Assembly: GCA_044892525.1 (NCBI GenBank)
Contig: CM097885.1
Location: 31,808,001-31,872,000, forward strand
Direction of reading: 5' to 3'
Source: Schmidtea polychroa
Lineage: Eukaryota
Length of the DNA: 64,000 nt
The notes beneath the pieces were generated by a model. The model was not told the origin of the DNA and made no database searches. It saw only the letters and a program-made list of their open reading frames with translations. Every line of letters starts with the position of its first letter. The stretch's first letter is position 1. This document shows, in pieces, positions 25,946 to 39,400 of this stretch. The position numbers were made by a program, and so were the translations under genes.

Positions 25946-27793
25946 ATATGTTAATCAATCTGAATTTCGCATGAAAAACACTTTACTTAATTTTGTATGT
26001 ATTTTTCATTATGTGTGCTGTGCTTGTATGCTTAATTATTTTCTCTCACTTTTTAGATTCCTATAATAAATATGTTAAATTTCGCAGCATTAAATTTCTA
26101 CACACAGGTAAGTTTGTGTGTTCCTATAATATATATTTATTGATTTTTTTTTAGATTATAGATAATGTTATATTTCGCGGTTAGGTGTACAAGTTGTATT
26201 TAACTCGCGTGCAGTCAGCGGGTTAATAAGTTGCTTTGCTTTAATATTTATCCGACTTAACTTTTGTTATGATATGAAAAATATAAAAAAAAGAAAATAA
26301 AAGAAAATTTTAAAAAATTATATATAAAAAATAAATCTAAGAATAATCTCTAGGGTATGTGATATATATACTAATATTTGCTTATCTATCAAATACCTTC
26401 CTTAAACATCTTAATGTGCTAACTGCCGTTTTTATATATGTGAAGCATTATTATAGCAAAGTTCTGTAGAATTGAATATATGTATAAAAAATTTAATGTT
26501 AAAAAGAAACTAGTATGTAAAATAATAACATAGTAAAGAAATTAGAAAATTTCAAATTTTTTATTAATTTTTATGATTATAGGTACAAAAAAATTTAATT
26601 TTGTTTAACTTTAATTTAAAAAGGCTAAAATGACTTTTTTTACCTAAATCAGAAATTTGCATAAATGCCTTGGGAAAATTTTGTAATTAGAAATTACATT
26701 TTCTCTGAATTTCCTCAAATGAAATAGTTTATCTTCTAAGAAAAAAAGACTAAATTATTTGCAAATGAAAATAATTTAAATTATATTTCATAGTAAAAAT
26801 TAATTCCGGCAATTATAAATTGGGTGAGTATATAGCTCTATCAGCGGTGGGTCCGAGGGGTGGGAGTGGAATCAATTGCCCCCTTGGTTATTCTTCAAAA
26901 TAAGCGAATGAGTTTGATGATTAGCCGTTATGCAGTGAGACGACTTATTCAGTAGGCTTAAGTTTTGGTACAGATTTCACTTGCTGCTGGAGTTTATAAT
27001 AGCCATCTTTCATAGTATTTGTTCCCAACGTACATTTTAAGATTTAATTTCCAATAGTATACCATGTTCGGGAGGGAGGGGAAGTAAGGAAAAGGTGTAT
27101 GATATGGCACAGTATTGATTTTAACAAAATTTAGGGTGAGTGTTTCGTATTTGTATTTCTCCCCAAGGAAGTTTATAGATTCTCCATTGAGCTTTATAAA
27201 TATTAGATTGGATCTTATAAAACAATTTAAAATATGTATTACATATAGTAAATGTATATGATACATTGACATATAATTTACTCTAACCCTTGGTATATAT
27301 GCAAAGTTAATTTCAAGTGTTGATGCCTTCGACATCAAACAAATTCAAATATTAGGATTTAGATTTGCATATGTTGAGTGATGCGTATTGATACACCTTT
27401 TCCAAATTCAATCCGCTATAAGCAGAAAACGTGTAGACTAACCGACGAAGACATATAAAATTATTAAGAGCATACTGTCAAAATCATGGGGGAAAGTGAA
27501 ATATATCGGATTATATCGACAAACATCGTGATAAAAAGTGAGAACACAATTTTGAGTTAATTGCGTGTTGGCGTGTTTTCTATGCAACCACAAAAACTGT
27601 CAGGAGAATATTATGTTCAAATTGTCTGCTTATAGCAAATTCAATTTTAAAATGGTCATATTCATTCACATAGTCATCACAGATTTTTGTCGCAGTAATT
27701 TAATACTTCAAAAAAATTTTGCACTGAAGTGTTAATATTTTAATTTATTATTAAAGAATAATTATTTATAATTATAAAAATATCATCAGCTAA

Positions 27794-27916
<123 letters not shown>

Positions 27917-30329
27917 ATTGAAGTATTTTCCATGTTTGCAGAATTTATGTAATTTATCTATGAAGTTGATGAAAATTAAGATATTTTCGTGTGTAATTAT
28001 TTGACAGGTTTACATAATGAAAGAAACAATAAAAATAATCATGTTAAATTCTATTCCATAACATTTTAGTTGCTATTTACTTAAATTTTTATTATGCAAT
28101 AAACTCCTAATAAAATTATTTATTATAAAAAAATTTCTTTTTAAATTCTAGATAATAAATTTTTGCTAAAATTGTTAAAATATAAATATTTTATTGTAAA
28201 TCAGACTTAATAATTTATAATAATTTTTTTTTAATAATAATTTGCATTTTTCCAAAATATTATTAATATTATATAATTTAATAAGTCGGTTTTATTATTA
28301 TACTTAAAAAATCTATTTTAGTTTTTTTTCATAATTTTTGATTGTTATCTTTTTATTGTTTTCATAAAATAAATACATTTTAATATTTTTTTGACAACTA
28401 AAAATAATAATAACTCCTAGATTTACAAAAGAATCTGCTAAAAAAACGTTCTAAAAATAATTTAGATATAAGTTATTATACCAATAAATTTCTTATTTCT
28501 TATCGGTATGTGTAGGCCATTGTAGGGGTTACCGTGGTTTAATAGCCCAAAGAGTTTGAAATAACAGTTGAATAGAAGCACTGGACATACTTACTTCCAT
28601 CTTGTTGATAATGCACTTTGACTATGGTCTACGAACTTTTAATGATCTACTTAAATTTCAAGCAAAAATAAAAAATACTAGAAAAATTCACAAAAAATAA
28701 TTTATGATGTGTTTTAATAATTCACCAAACTAAAATATGTGAATAGATGTATAACTGAGTGTTGGGTTTCTGGTGTGACTCAAAATGGTTGTAAACTCGA
28801 TTTTACATTCTATTTGAAATTGAAAATGAGAATCGATCAGTGGTGAAAAGAATAAAAGATTTTACTGAAAGTAAGAAACGCTACATAGTTGAGATATAAA
28901 AATAGAAAATATATAAAACAAAATTTATCCATTAAAAATTTGAAATTAGTGTCGGTGTCAGTGCTTATTTAAGGTACCTAAGTTACTAGAATTATGATTG
29001 TCTCGTCCATTCTTAGGCCTTTTACTTTTAAGGTTGCTACCAAGGTTTGGAATCGTTATTGCAATGAGGACTGTGAGCCTATTATTCTTTACTAGGTAAA
29101 GAATAATTTTTGACTAATACTCCATGTTATTCATTTAGCTAAATCATTGCGACCAATTACTAAATTGAGGTAGTCTGGATATATTTAAAAAGCAGCTTAT
29201 ACATCTATCAACGAGCAGTTCATTGTGATAAGGTCATCGTAAGCGTTGGTCAATCTAGCAAAACTAACTGGATCATAATTAATTGAGTTCAAATTCTAAT
29301 TGAGATAATTCCTTTTCTAATGATTTTATTTCTGTTCTATTAAAGAAGTTGTATATCCTATAAGTGCAATACTCGCCAGAAGAAAGTTGAAATAAATGCT
29401 CATTCGAAAGTTATTTAATTACTGTAATTCAAACCGAAATCCACAACCAGTCGAATATACAGCACATTTATTTAACACTGTGACTGTATAACATCTTCAG
29501 TATTTTTTAATATCTTTTATCAGTCAGATTAAAACTACATTTAATGTAGGTGGTAAGTTCTTTATCGGATTCAATTTTTCTCACGTTTAAACTCCCACAT
29601 CATATAAATTGCCTGTCCCTCTGATCTTCAATTTTTAAATGAGGGTTCAACTTGATCTCATAGATTTTGGACAATTCATGGACTATGATACATAGTATCT
29701 TTTTTGCCCTATGACCTCAAATGCAATACAAGAGTGTCACAGTGAAACTCCTTGTCAATGAGAAGCTAGTCTTTCGTTCAGTAGCTTTGTACAATACATG
29801 ATGTATATTACTTATTTTTACTTAATCTTATTTTATTTATTTTTTATTTGATGTGATTGCGCATTTTGAGTTAAACTTCTGGTGGTATTTGTGTATTTTT
29901 ACTTCGATGCATTAATCCTTGTATCGACGCAGTAATATTTTTCTTATTTTCACTTACGATACAGTTTGTAGTCACTTTAAAAATAGAACTAATCTAAAGA
30001 AAAACCCGAGTAAGCAATGAAAGAAGACACAATTACAAAAAGTAAGTCGACATTACACAATACCCCTTTTTTCTTAGAAAATTAGTCAGTGCCGATGTGG
30101 GTAAACAAAAATGAAAATATACTATTACTAATTGTTCGACAATATAGCTGACACTTATGTTGACTGCACTATGACATGTAATCAAGTACATGCAATATAC
30201 TTAGTGTATTTCGTAATGCATTGTAAACAGGACAACAAATAACCGAAAGGATACTTAAATTATGACAGTAATCAGGTTTTGCTTGAGTATGGACTTGAGC
30301 TATGGGAGACGGTTTATGTGCGACTCGAA

Positions 30330-31250
30330 ATCAAATAATCTCGACACATAATTTTGAATTTTTGGCCACCTGCTCTTTTTGTACTTTATAATATACAGTG
30401 TCAGCAGCTAGTTTTTGGGTAAGGTTCCGAATAAATTCAGGTTGTTTCTTTTCATAGTCATTACGTTTCATTAGAATAAAAGTCTGCTATATCGAGAGAG
30501 ATAAATAATAACACAAGCGCCCACTCTGAATTCTTTTGCCTGCTAGTAAATTCTTCTATCATTTCATCAATTATGTCAACACAGTTTTTACTTTTATTAT
30601 AACCCAAGATCATTTGAGTCTTGCGCTTGACATTTATTATGAAATCATGGGTAGAATGGAACGATCTCAGAAGGATGACAGTTGTATATTGCTTAGGAAA
30701 ATACCATATCATAGTTAATGCATTCTTGTGATCACGAACAAAGTGACTCCCGTGTTGCTATAAGTGTCGAATATTCATCAGACATGTCAGTATTTTTTTC
30801 ATGTGATTGTGGATAGTTTCAAGGATCGTTAATCTTTCAGATTGTGACTAGTGAAATGATTGTCACAAATAATAATTATCCCGGTATTGATGTATGACTT
30901 TGAGAGATCCTCTGCCACATTCTTGCCGAGATCTTTTGTAGAACCTTACTGTCAACGACAAATGTAAATTATGCCATTTAAAGTAAAATCAATTTCACTT
31001 TCTGATGCCCAGAAATTTTTTACCCGTATTTACTTCGTTTGGATGACATGTAAGTTCTGATAGGTTCTTAGCCGCGCAATCCGACTAATTGTATGTCAAT
31101 TGTTATATTTATATGTTGTACATAGTTCTTTCATAGCTATGCCCAAAAAATAATTCAACAATCTTGAAAGACCAATAGTGGGTCATTGGTATGTCGTAAA
31201 TCTTTTGTAGCAGTTATCAAATCGACAGTAAATATAAATGTTGGTTTATG
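30330..31250 (-). pseudogene. Degenerate piggyBac transposase
   Basis: ITIDIQLVGLRG*EPIRTYMSSKRSKYG, IICDNHFTS and MILGYNKSKNCVDIIDEMIEEFTSRQKNSEW match, in order, the piggyBac motifs VDEQLVGFRG..YMPSKPAKYG, DNFFTS and YNKTKGGVD..DQ. Confidence 0.8.
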
Positions 31251-31917
31251 AGCAGGTAAGGAACTTGTATGGTCTATGCCAACATAAATCTTGTAAAGCT
31301 ACTAAAGATAGTCAGGTGTAGTAGATAATCGGTTAATTAATTTAAAACGAATTCTAATTTGGGTTCATTTTATTAATGGCGATAGCTACTTTTAAGTAAT
31401 ATAGACCCCAAAAGAGATTTTTAAATCTAACAAATTAGTAAACTTGGCTTCATTTTGTAGTTATGCTTAGATAATTGGGTTAAAACATTTCATGAAAAAC
31501 TTAGTTTTAGTACAGCATTGGGAAAATTTTTTTAATTTAAAATAGATATTTTTCCTATTGAAGGTTCGATAACTGGGTCTAAGTTTTTAAATTTTTATTT
31601 TAATAATTTTAAAACATTCATGATTTCTCTAAAGATATAAGAAAATAAATTACAAACATTTAATATTAAAATATAGTTGAAACATTCTTGGTTAAAAAAA
31701 GTTTTTCAAGTATTTAAATGTTATAAATAAAATTATTAATTGTATAGAATGTTTGTATATAAAAAATGTAAATGTATTGAAATTAAAAATTTAATCTTAT
31801 CTAAATTATTAAAATACATCGAATTTAAATTAATTAATGTTGACTTTGTTTTACTTACTTATAAAGTTTTATTCTGCCATCTTGTTTATTAATTAATTGT
31901 ATCCTATTTAATTTTTA

Positions 31918-32786
31918 ATGTCAAACAGAAATGATAATGATCGATCATCTGAACAATTTAGGAAATTGTTTATTGGAGGATTAAGTTTTGTTACAACCGA
32001 AGATGCTCTCAAGTCTCATTTTGAGCAATGGGGAGAACTTGTCGATGTTGTGGTAATGCGTATGGGTGGCAAAAATGGAAAATCCAGGGGATTCGGATTT
32101 GTCACTTATAAAGATCCTGATATGGTTGATGCAGCTCAAGCCAGTAGGCCGCATATAATTGATGACAGAACAGTTGAGACCAAAAGGGCAATGCCTCGCG
32201 ATGAAGCAAATTCTGCAGAGTCTCATATGACTGTTAAAAAGTTATTTGTCGGAGCATTGAAAAAAGAAGTTGTAGCCGATGATTTAAGAGACTATTTTGG
32301 TCGATTTGGAAATATAACTGAGTGTGAAATTATTACATGGAGAGAAACTGGTGAATCCCGTGGTTTTGGGTTTGTGACATATGACGACTATGATCCAGTT
32401 GATAAAATTTTACTTCTCAAACCACATTATATAGACAACAAGCGCTGTGAAGTTAAAAAGGCACTGAGTAAAGAAGAGGCGAGGTCCTTAAAAGCTAAGG
32501 AAAGCATGAGTACAATTGGTAAGTCCAAATTTCCTTCTATGTCACAATCTAATGGTGGAATGATGGGTATATATTTATTCAATTTTAATATTAGTTAAAA
32601 GTTAATTAAGGCTTTATGGGTGATATGCGAAACGAAATAAATAATCGTTATGATAATTTTGGTTATCAGGATTATGATGATAGGTTTGGTCGTTATCCTA
32701 ATCAGGGTTACAGTGGAGGGCCTGTGAGAGGAAATTTGAGTTACAGGAATCAGCCATATAGTGGAAGGATGAGGCGAGATTATTAA
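31918..32786 (+). CDS. hnRNP A/B (hnRNP A1/A2-like) RNA-binding protein, 274 aa; exons 31918-32566 and 32611-32786
   Basis: Two RRMs (LFIGGL/RGFGFVTY; LFVGAL/RGFGFVTY), RTVETKRAMPR linker, and a 44-nt GT-AG intron. The Gly/Tyr-rich C-terminus has an M9/PY-NLS-like GPVRGNLSYRNQPY. AATAAA at 33061-33066. Confidence 0.93.
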
Positions 32787-33155
32787 AATCCATCTAGCTT
32801 GTAAGAGATCTTAGTGATTTAGAGTGATTATATAGAATGATTAACGATTCTAGGAATACTGAGAGCAGTTACTGAGGGATAAACTATCATATAATTCCAT
32901 AGTTACAGTTATGTTAAGTTTTTGAGCTTAGCTATTGAGTCAGTGACAACTAATCGTATTCAAGCTAGAAGATTGTAATTGTACAATAGTGATTGGCATT
33001 TTATACATTTGACTTTTAATCATTCGCATAGTTAATTTAATGTTTGTTATTTTTTATTGAAATAAAGGTGCCTAAGAATTTAGTATTTTATTAATTGAAG
33101 CTTAGGGTTACGGTTGTTAGTTATTAGTAAAAAATGATAAAATTTTATTTAAATA

Positions 33156-33452
33156 TCAAATAAAAAATAATTTGTCATGATGAAATTCGTTGATCAGAAT
33201 TTGTGATTCACTGGCGTCCGTTCTTGTACTATGTCCTGATGTAGTACTGCTGCTGTCATCATCAGATAGTCCAATCAGTGTTCTTCCTCTGAAAGCTGCT
33301 AAATGTGCGTAGTAAGTGGGTGCAGGATATGAAACGCTTCTGGTGCATCTCGCATAAATATGGCACAAAAAGTAAGTAAAGCTCTGCAATTCATCTGATC
33401 CCCAATTATTTTCATCAAAAAGGACATGGTAATGGGCAGGTTTTGAAGTTCC
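33156..33452 (-). CDS. ago: Argonaute last exon (PIWI end, catalytic His)
   Basis: [55 protein letters not shown]...KLFFI*. Confidence 0.95.
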   Translation of the reverse strand, partial: GTSKPAHYHVLFDENNWGSDELQSFTYFLCHIYARCTRSVSYPAPTYYAHLAAFRGRTLIGLSDDDSSSTTSGHSTRTDASESQILINEFHHDKLFFI

Positions 33453-36400
33453 CTTAATAAAATTAATTAATCACTTTAATTTTAGATTTTTATTTGGTAA
33501 TTTAAAGGCAATGAAGTTGAAAATAAAAACTGTTACTGTATTAAATTATTTAATAAATATTTGTCAATTGTAAATATTTTTTACTTGTATGCCTTCGTGA
33601 GAGCAGAGGTAAAAATCAAATTCCCTACAATGTGTTATATCTTTGTCCACTATAGTTCCTGAAGGAACATTGCCGCTTTTACCTATTCCATCTCGTCTAA
33701 AGTAGCAATAAAATAGAAAATATTTAATTATAATTACGGATTTTGAGGAAAAAATCGAATTTTGTGTCTTTTTTGAACAACAATATATGTTATAGGAGGT
33801 TGATAATTCTTTTCCAATTTTTGGCATGCATTTTGAATAGCAATTATTTCATGCTTGAATACAATATCAAATTGCCCTTCAGACACACCGTCTCGGTAAA
33901 AAATCAAACGTTTGGGTTTTAACTGCTTGTTAGCTTTGTAGAATGTCTAAAAATTTCAATGGTAATTATGTTACGAATAAACTTCAATAACTCAAAAATT
34001 GATAATTAAATAGATTTGGCGTCGACAAACCTTTCTATGATTTCCTATATTTTCATTGGCGGATAAAAATACAAATTTTAATGTTGGATTTCCTGGGTTC
34101 TTATAACAACCGCGAGCCTATAATTCTCTTCAGAACCTACTAATGTGTGAACCTATAACTATGATAATGTACCTACTGACTTGCCAAACGTTAAATTGAA
34201 GTCACTCAGTACGGAACAGCAATAGTCAGTGCCCTGAAAATAATAGGGATACAGGAACACTGAATCATTCTTTTGAATGTAGTGAAAGTTAACTAGCCAA
34301 TGTGGTTTTATATATAGGTGAACCGATCATGCAAGGGTGATCGCCACATTAGATCCAGTTATTTCGATACATCCAAAATTGTCGACCCGGTGATTCAACG
34401 CAATGGCTTGTTTAGTCATATGGTCAATCTTCTTTTGACGATGATTACAAATGATCATTAACATTCTCTAAGCCAGAATGTGAAAAATTCACCAGTTAGG
34501 CAAGTCAAGGTCCCAGAAGTATAATTTAATGCACATTAAAATACCCCCAGAATTTACCTTATTAACCAAGTACTTTTAAATGTTTTAGAAACGTCATATA
34601 CGTTTATAGATTAGCAAAAATTTAAGTGAATAATTAACTCATAATGACAATTTACTCTGTCAGAATACGGAATATGCGTAATTAATAATTAGCGAAATTA
34701 TTGTCATGCGCAGTGCGCGAATGGATTCAATTTCATATGAAGCAAAAAAAGAAGGCTAAGAAAAAGGAGAAAAATAATTAGTTAAAATGAAATGAAAAAA
34801 AACACTGAAAAGTATAAAATTCTAAATGGAAACTGGGAAAAGATTCGCAAAATAATAAAAGAAATAGAAAAAGAGGAAATATTTATAGAAAAAATAAAAA
34901 GGCTAAAAAAAGGAGAAAAATAATTAGTTAAAATGAAATGAAAAAACACTGAAAAGTAAAAAATTCAAAATGGAAACAGAGAAAAGATTCGCAAAATAAA
35001 ACAAAGAAAAAATGGAAACGGAAAAGATAACAAAAACTTTTTTGCCGCGAAATTATTCTCCTAAGCGGATGCTACACTATCAAGGCGAAGAAATGAAACC
35101 TGGTTAGCCTAACAGGGCGAAAAAAAGGGTTAATTTTGACTTGACGATTGGAATCAAATATGGAAAAGACAAGCGGAAAGAAAAATAAAAGTAAAACAAG
35201 GAAATGCTTGCACCCGGGTGGCAGATAGGCTAGGCACAACTCTGGAATTTTGTATTGAAATCAATTAGAGACCTAGAACATTTTCAGTAAAAAAATTACC
35301 ATTAATAGGTTATGAACCATATCCTCCATTTCCAATACAATTTCAATTATCGATCTTTCTTTTTTTGATAACTGCTGACGAATAAGAGCACTATACATTG
35401 TTGCATTATGATCTAAACTTCCGACCATCGCAGCAATACTTTTTGATAAATCATTTTTTGTAGAAGCAGGATGTGTAACATCAATTCCAAATACCATAAA
35501 TGAATCTTTAATAGGCGTGAACAATTTATTTCTTATCTGACTTAGTTCCCAATTTATTCCTCCTAATTTACCATTCACCTTCAGCATTATGTTTCCTAAA
35601 TAAATATCAAAATAAATATTTCTATCCTATTCATAAAAATCCCTAAAGTACTAACAAGAAGTGGGCAGGAAACATAAGATAAAAGAGCGAATGCAAACAT
35701 TGTAATCTTTTTTATAATTTCTAAAAATTAAAATTATTTCCTTTTTTTTATACTTTTTGTTAAATATCGATTTTATATAAAATAATTTAAATAAAATTAC
35801 AAAAAATCAAACGCAATTGGAACTTGTAAAATTGTTCTAAGATAGAATTGATGAGAAAAATACCATAAAAGAAACAAATTGTAGAAAAAGCATGAAAAGC
35901 ACTAAAATATTCAATTACAAGAAAATCGAAAATTAATTCATTAATTGAATTATTAGTGTATTAAACATTGGAAGGGTTCTGTTGTCCTAAAATAAGTAAT
36001 CTTTATTTTTAATCTTTATGGCGATTTAATATATTCATGAAAATCAAGAAAGTAACATAGTAAACCATAATAGAGTTTAACAATTAACGTAATTACCATG
36101 AAACTGTTTATGAAAATAATTTGTTTCAAAATTTATTTTAGTGTATTTTTTTAAATTCAGCAACTAAAATAAAGTTTAGTTAATTTTCAGGGATTACATT
36201 TGGGCTGCAGAAATAACTAAGCGAAAACGACAACTTCATTTTGTAAATTAATTAAATTAAATTAAAATTGTCTTTCATAAATAATAATTGTTTGTTAAAA
36301 ATAAAATTGTTTTATGTAATATTTTAATAGCATGAAAAGGTTAACAATGAAGTTGTTGGGTATGTTGTAGTCGCGGTCTGTGATTGTTAACTGCCAATTA

Positions 36401-39400
36401 AATATCTGACTCCGAGCTTGTTAATTAATAACGACAATGTCAAATCCCAACGACGTAAAAATTTATTGATTATCACAATTGTACAACAGTAACAATCCTC
36501 TAAGAACACAACCGCTTGACTACAGCCAGTAATGTGCAATTCGCAAAATTGATCTGGTTGCTTTTAATTTGAGTTTCTCAATTACTTCTGATCCACCAAT
36601 TCAATACACAAGTTTCTTTCAACTGTTCCCTGATTCTCAACACTTTATTTTACTTTCATTATAAATTCAAATTTCTCACAAATTTTCTCTATTTTCATCA
36701 CAAGTTCTCTCGTAACAATTTTCTCTCAACCCATTTTTTTCTCTTTTTCTGTTAATTTGTGTTCGATTTTTTTAGTCTTCCATCTGATGACACTTACTGA
36801 TAATTCATTCTTTCTTTTCACTTTTCCCATTGGTATTCCGTAATCTCTGACAGCTGTCAAGATATGTATTTTTTAAAATCCAGTTTCTCGGCTTATACAT
36901 GCCTTTTCCCCTCTCTATCTCGAATAGGCCATCGAGATAACAGGACAATCTAAATTGTGTTTTGCTTTCTGTTTCGCTTCTTTTGCACTTGTACTTAAAT
37001 GAAATGTACTTATCGTGTACTAAAATGAAATTTCAAAATTTTGATTACGCCATAGACTCATTAAATAGAGAATTTAATTTAAAGCAATAGAGTATTTAAA
37101 ATTCTTATAAAAAAATTAAAATTGGTGATGTAATCGGCGATTTCAAAAAAATTTAAAATATTGTGTAATTGATGGCTAAAACAAAATTAAGAAAGATATT
37201 ACATAATCATTAATTAAAACAAAATTTTAAATATCACATAATCAACGATTAAAACAAAATTTAAAATATTATTTAATCGACGATGCAAACAAAAATATTA
37301 CGTAATCACTGATTAAAATCAAATTAAAAAAAATTTTTATGATGGGCGGTTGCAAAGAAAAACCTATTCACTCAAAAAATGTTTGTGAGAGTTAAGGATT
37401 CCTGTTGGGCTGGAGTCCACACATATATCTACACATATATGGTTTTTATCTTCCCATAGAGAATCAATAGATACTCTATTCTCTAACTTTTGTATCACGT
37501 TTCATGGACAAGAAAATTTAATTTAGTCAACTTTAGAGTTAAATGATGGTTGACTATGGTTGGCTGTGTATAATCTAGTTTATTCACATGTAAATTTTAT
37601 AGTAAAAATTTAAGTAATATTTGTTTTAATAAACATTTATTGAATTTATATTTATCGAGAAAAAAAATCCAGAATTACTAACCAAGGTACTGATCTAAGA
37701 ATTTCTGTTTTATTAGAGTTACATACTTCATGCATTGAGTTACAATTCCAAACATAACATCACCAAACTTCTTTACCTCTTTATAATCTTCGTCATTAAT
37801 AACTACAAATACCAATAAATCGAGTTTCTTTTTTTCCTAAAGACCATTTCATTTAAATATCATTTTTACAAATCACCTTTTCTGATCTTTGAATTGTTTC
37901 AGTTGCAACTTTTTCTATATTTTGATAAGGAACATATGAAAAATAGAAAGATGATTCCATACGTATCCCAACATTATTAGCTGCACCGGGTAATTTGTCC
38001 TCTATGTCATAGAGAATTCTTTCGTTCTAGTTAAAAATAATTATCAATGAAATATTCATATTGCGCATATTACGTGATGCATTTAATAAGTACCCGGATT
38101 TAACAATATTCTACATCAGGGGTGTCCAACTTTTCTGTATAGGAGATCTACTTTTTTGTTAAGAGTGTGTCGAGATCGACTTATTGTCATAATGGGTGTG
38201 TAATGCATACTATGTTTGGACACTGTGTTTCAGCATAAGGTGTATTCCAGCGAGGTATGGGTAGATACGTAAAATATATGTTCAAACCTATTTTTATTTT
38301 CAAATCACTTATTAGTTTTCGAGATTTAGGCTTCCGAAGAAAATAAATTCCCAGAATAAACTTTTGATAGCGCATTCCGTACATGCGGTACCTAAAATAT
38401 TTGATTTTACAACATTTTTTCGAGATAGATTTTTACTAACATAAAATGCAATTTAGTTTTTTTATCAAATGCAATGTATAGTGGTAATATTTGTTCGTAA
38501 ATATAAAAAAGTTGTTATAAAAATGCACAGTATGGCTGATCTTTTGATTACAATATTTCATTTTATTGATCTTTTGGGTCAAACTTTTCACGAGAGAATA
38601 ATATGACTTACTTTTGTTAATTGATCAATAGCTCATAAGTACATCTCGTACTGAAATATAGATATACGGCTTACCTACCTACGTAAAAAACATCAACAAT
38701 AATTATTTAAAGGGCCAAATACTCACGTCCAGGGGAATTAAAAGAACGTCGATAACTATTAACAATATTTATTAATTAAAAGTAGCCACAGTTAAATGCA
38801 GATTTAGAATTTACTTTGTTCCCTTAACATTAATGGGAAGACTGAGTTTGCATGTCTCTAACCAAGGAATCATAATCAGGTGTATATAACAACAAAGATA
38901 TTAATAATGAGTCTTCTGTATAGGAATCAGACAGGACAGAACGTTGTTTAGTATTCGTTAGCTTCAAGTATGAAAATGCCGATTTGCAAAGGTATGTAGA
39001 TCCGAAACAAGAATAGATATATTCGCTACATTTGGTGACATTGGGATATTTTTCTCGGCTCACATATTTCCAAAAATCTTCTTCAGATTTTCTGGCTTGT
39101 CACGATAGTAAACTGAATTTTTCCCAGACATTGCGAGAGATCGACGATCGACGAAAATTGGCCTAATGATCGACTTGTTGGCCACCCCTGTTCTACATAA
39201 TATATTATCTATGACTCCAAAAATATAGTTTGTTTTAATATTCAACTGCATAGAAGCACATTTTCCATTTATTTGTCAAATCATACCACATAATGTCTAG
39301 TATTTAAGTGTGATTAAATTCCTTGTTTTGCGTGGTGATAACGTCAACAAATATGGAATCAGTTGCAGACAACTTATGGTAATATATCCCACTCTTGTAA

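Noticed and set aside
25203..26066. Repetitive ORFs (RWSWDFQYK) at the foldback ends, also 17511-17802 and 22593-22823
   Set aside because: By-products of tandem subterminal repeats; open in several frames with no domain.
32567..32598. ORF-track C-terminus of the hnRNP protein (IYLFNFNIS*)
   Set aside because: Read-through into a 44-nt intron; the spliced exon 2 gives the expected Gly/Tyr-rich PY-NLS tail.
36340..36960. Possible further piggyBac-like remnant
   Set aside because: Only scattered Cys residues and a GGTTAA end; no diagnostic motif could be read.
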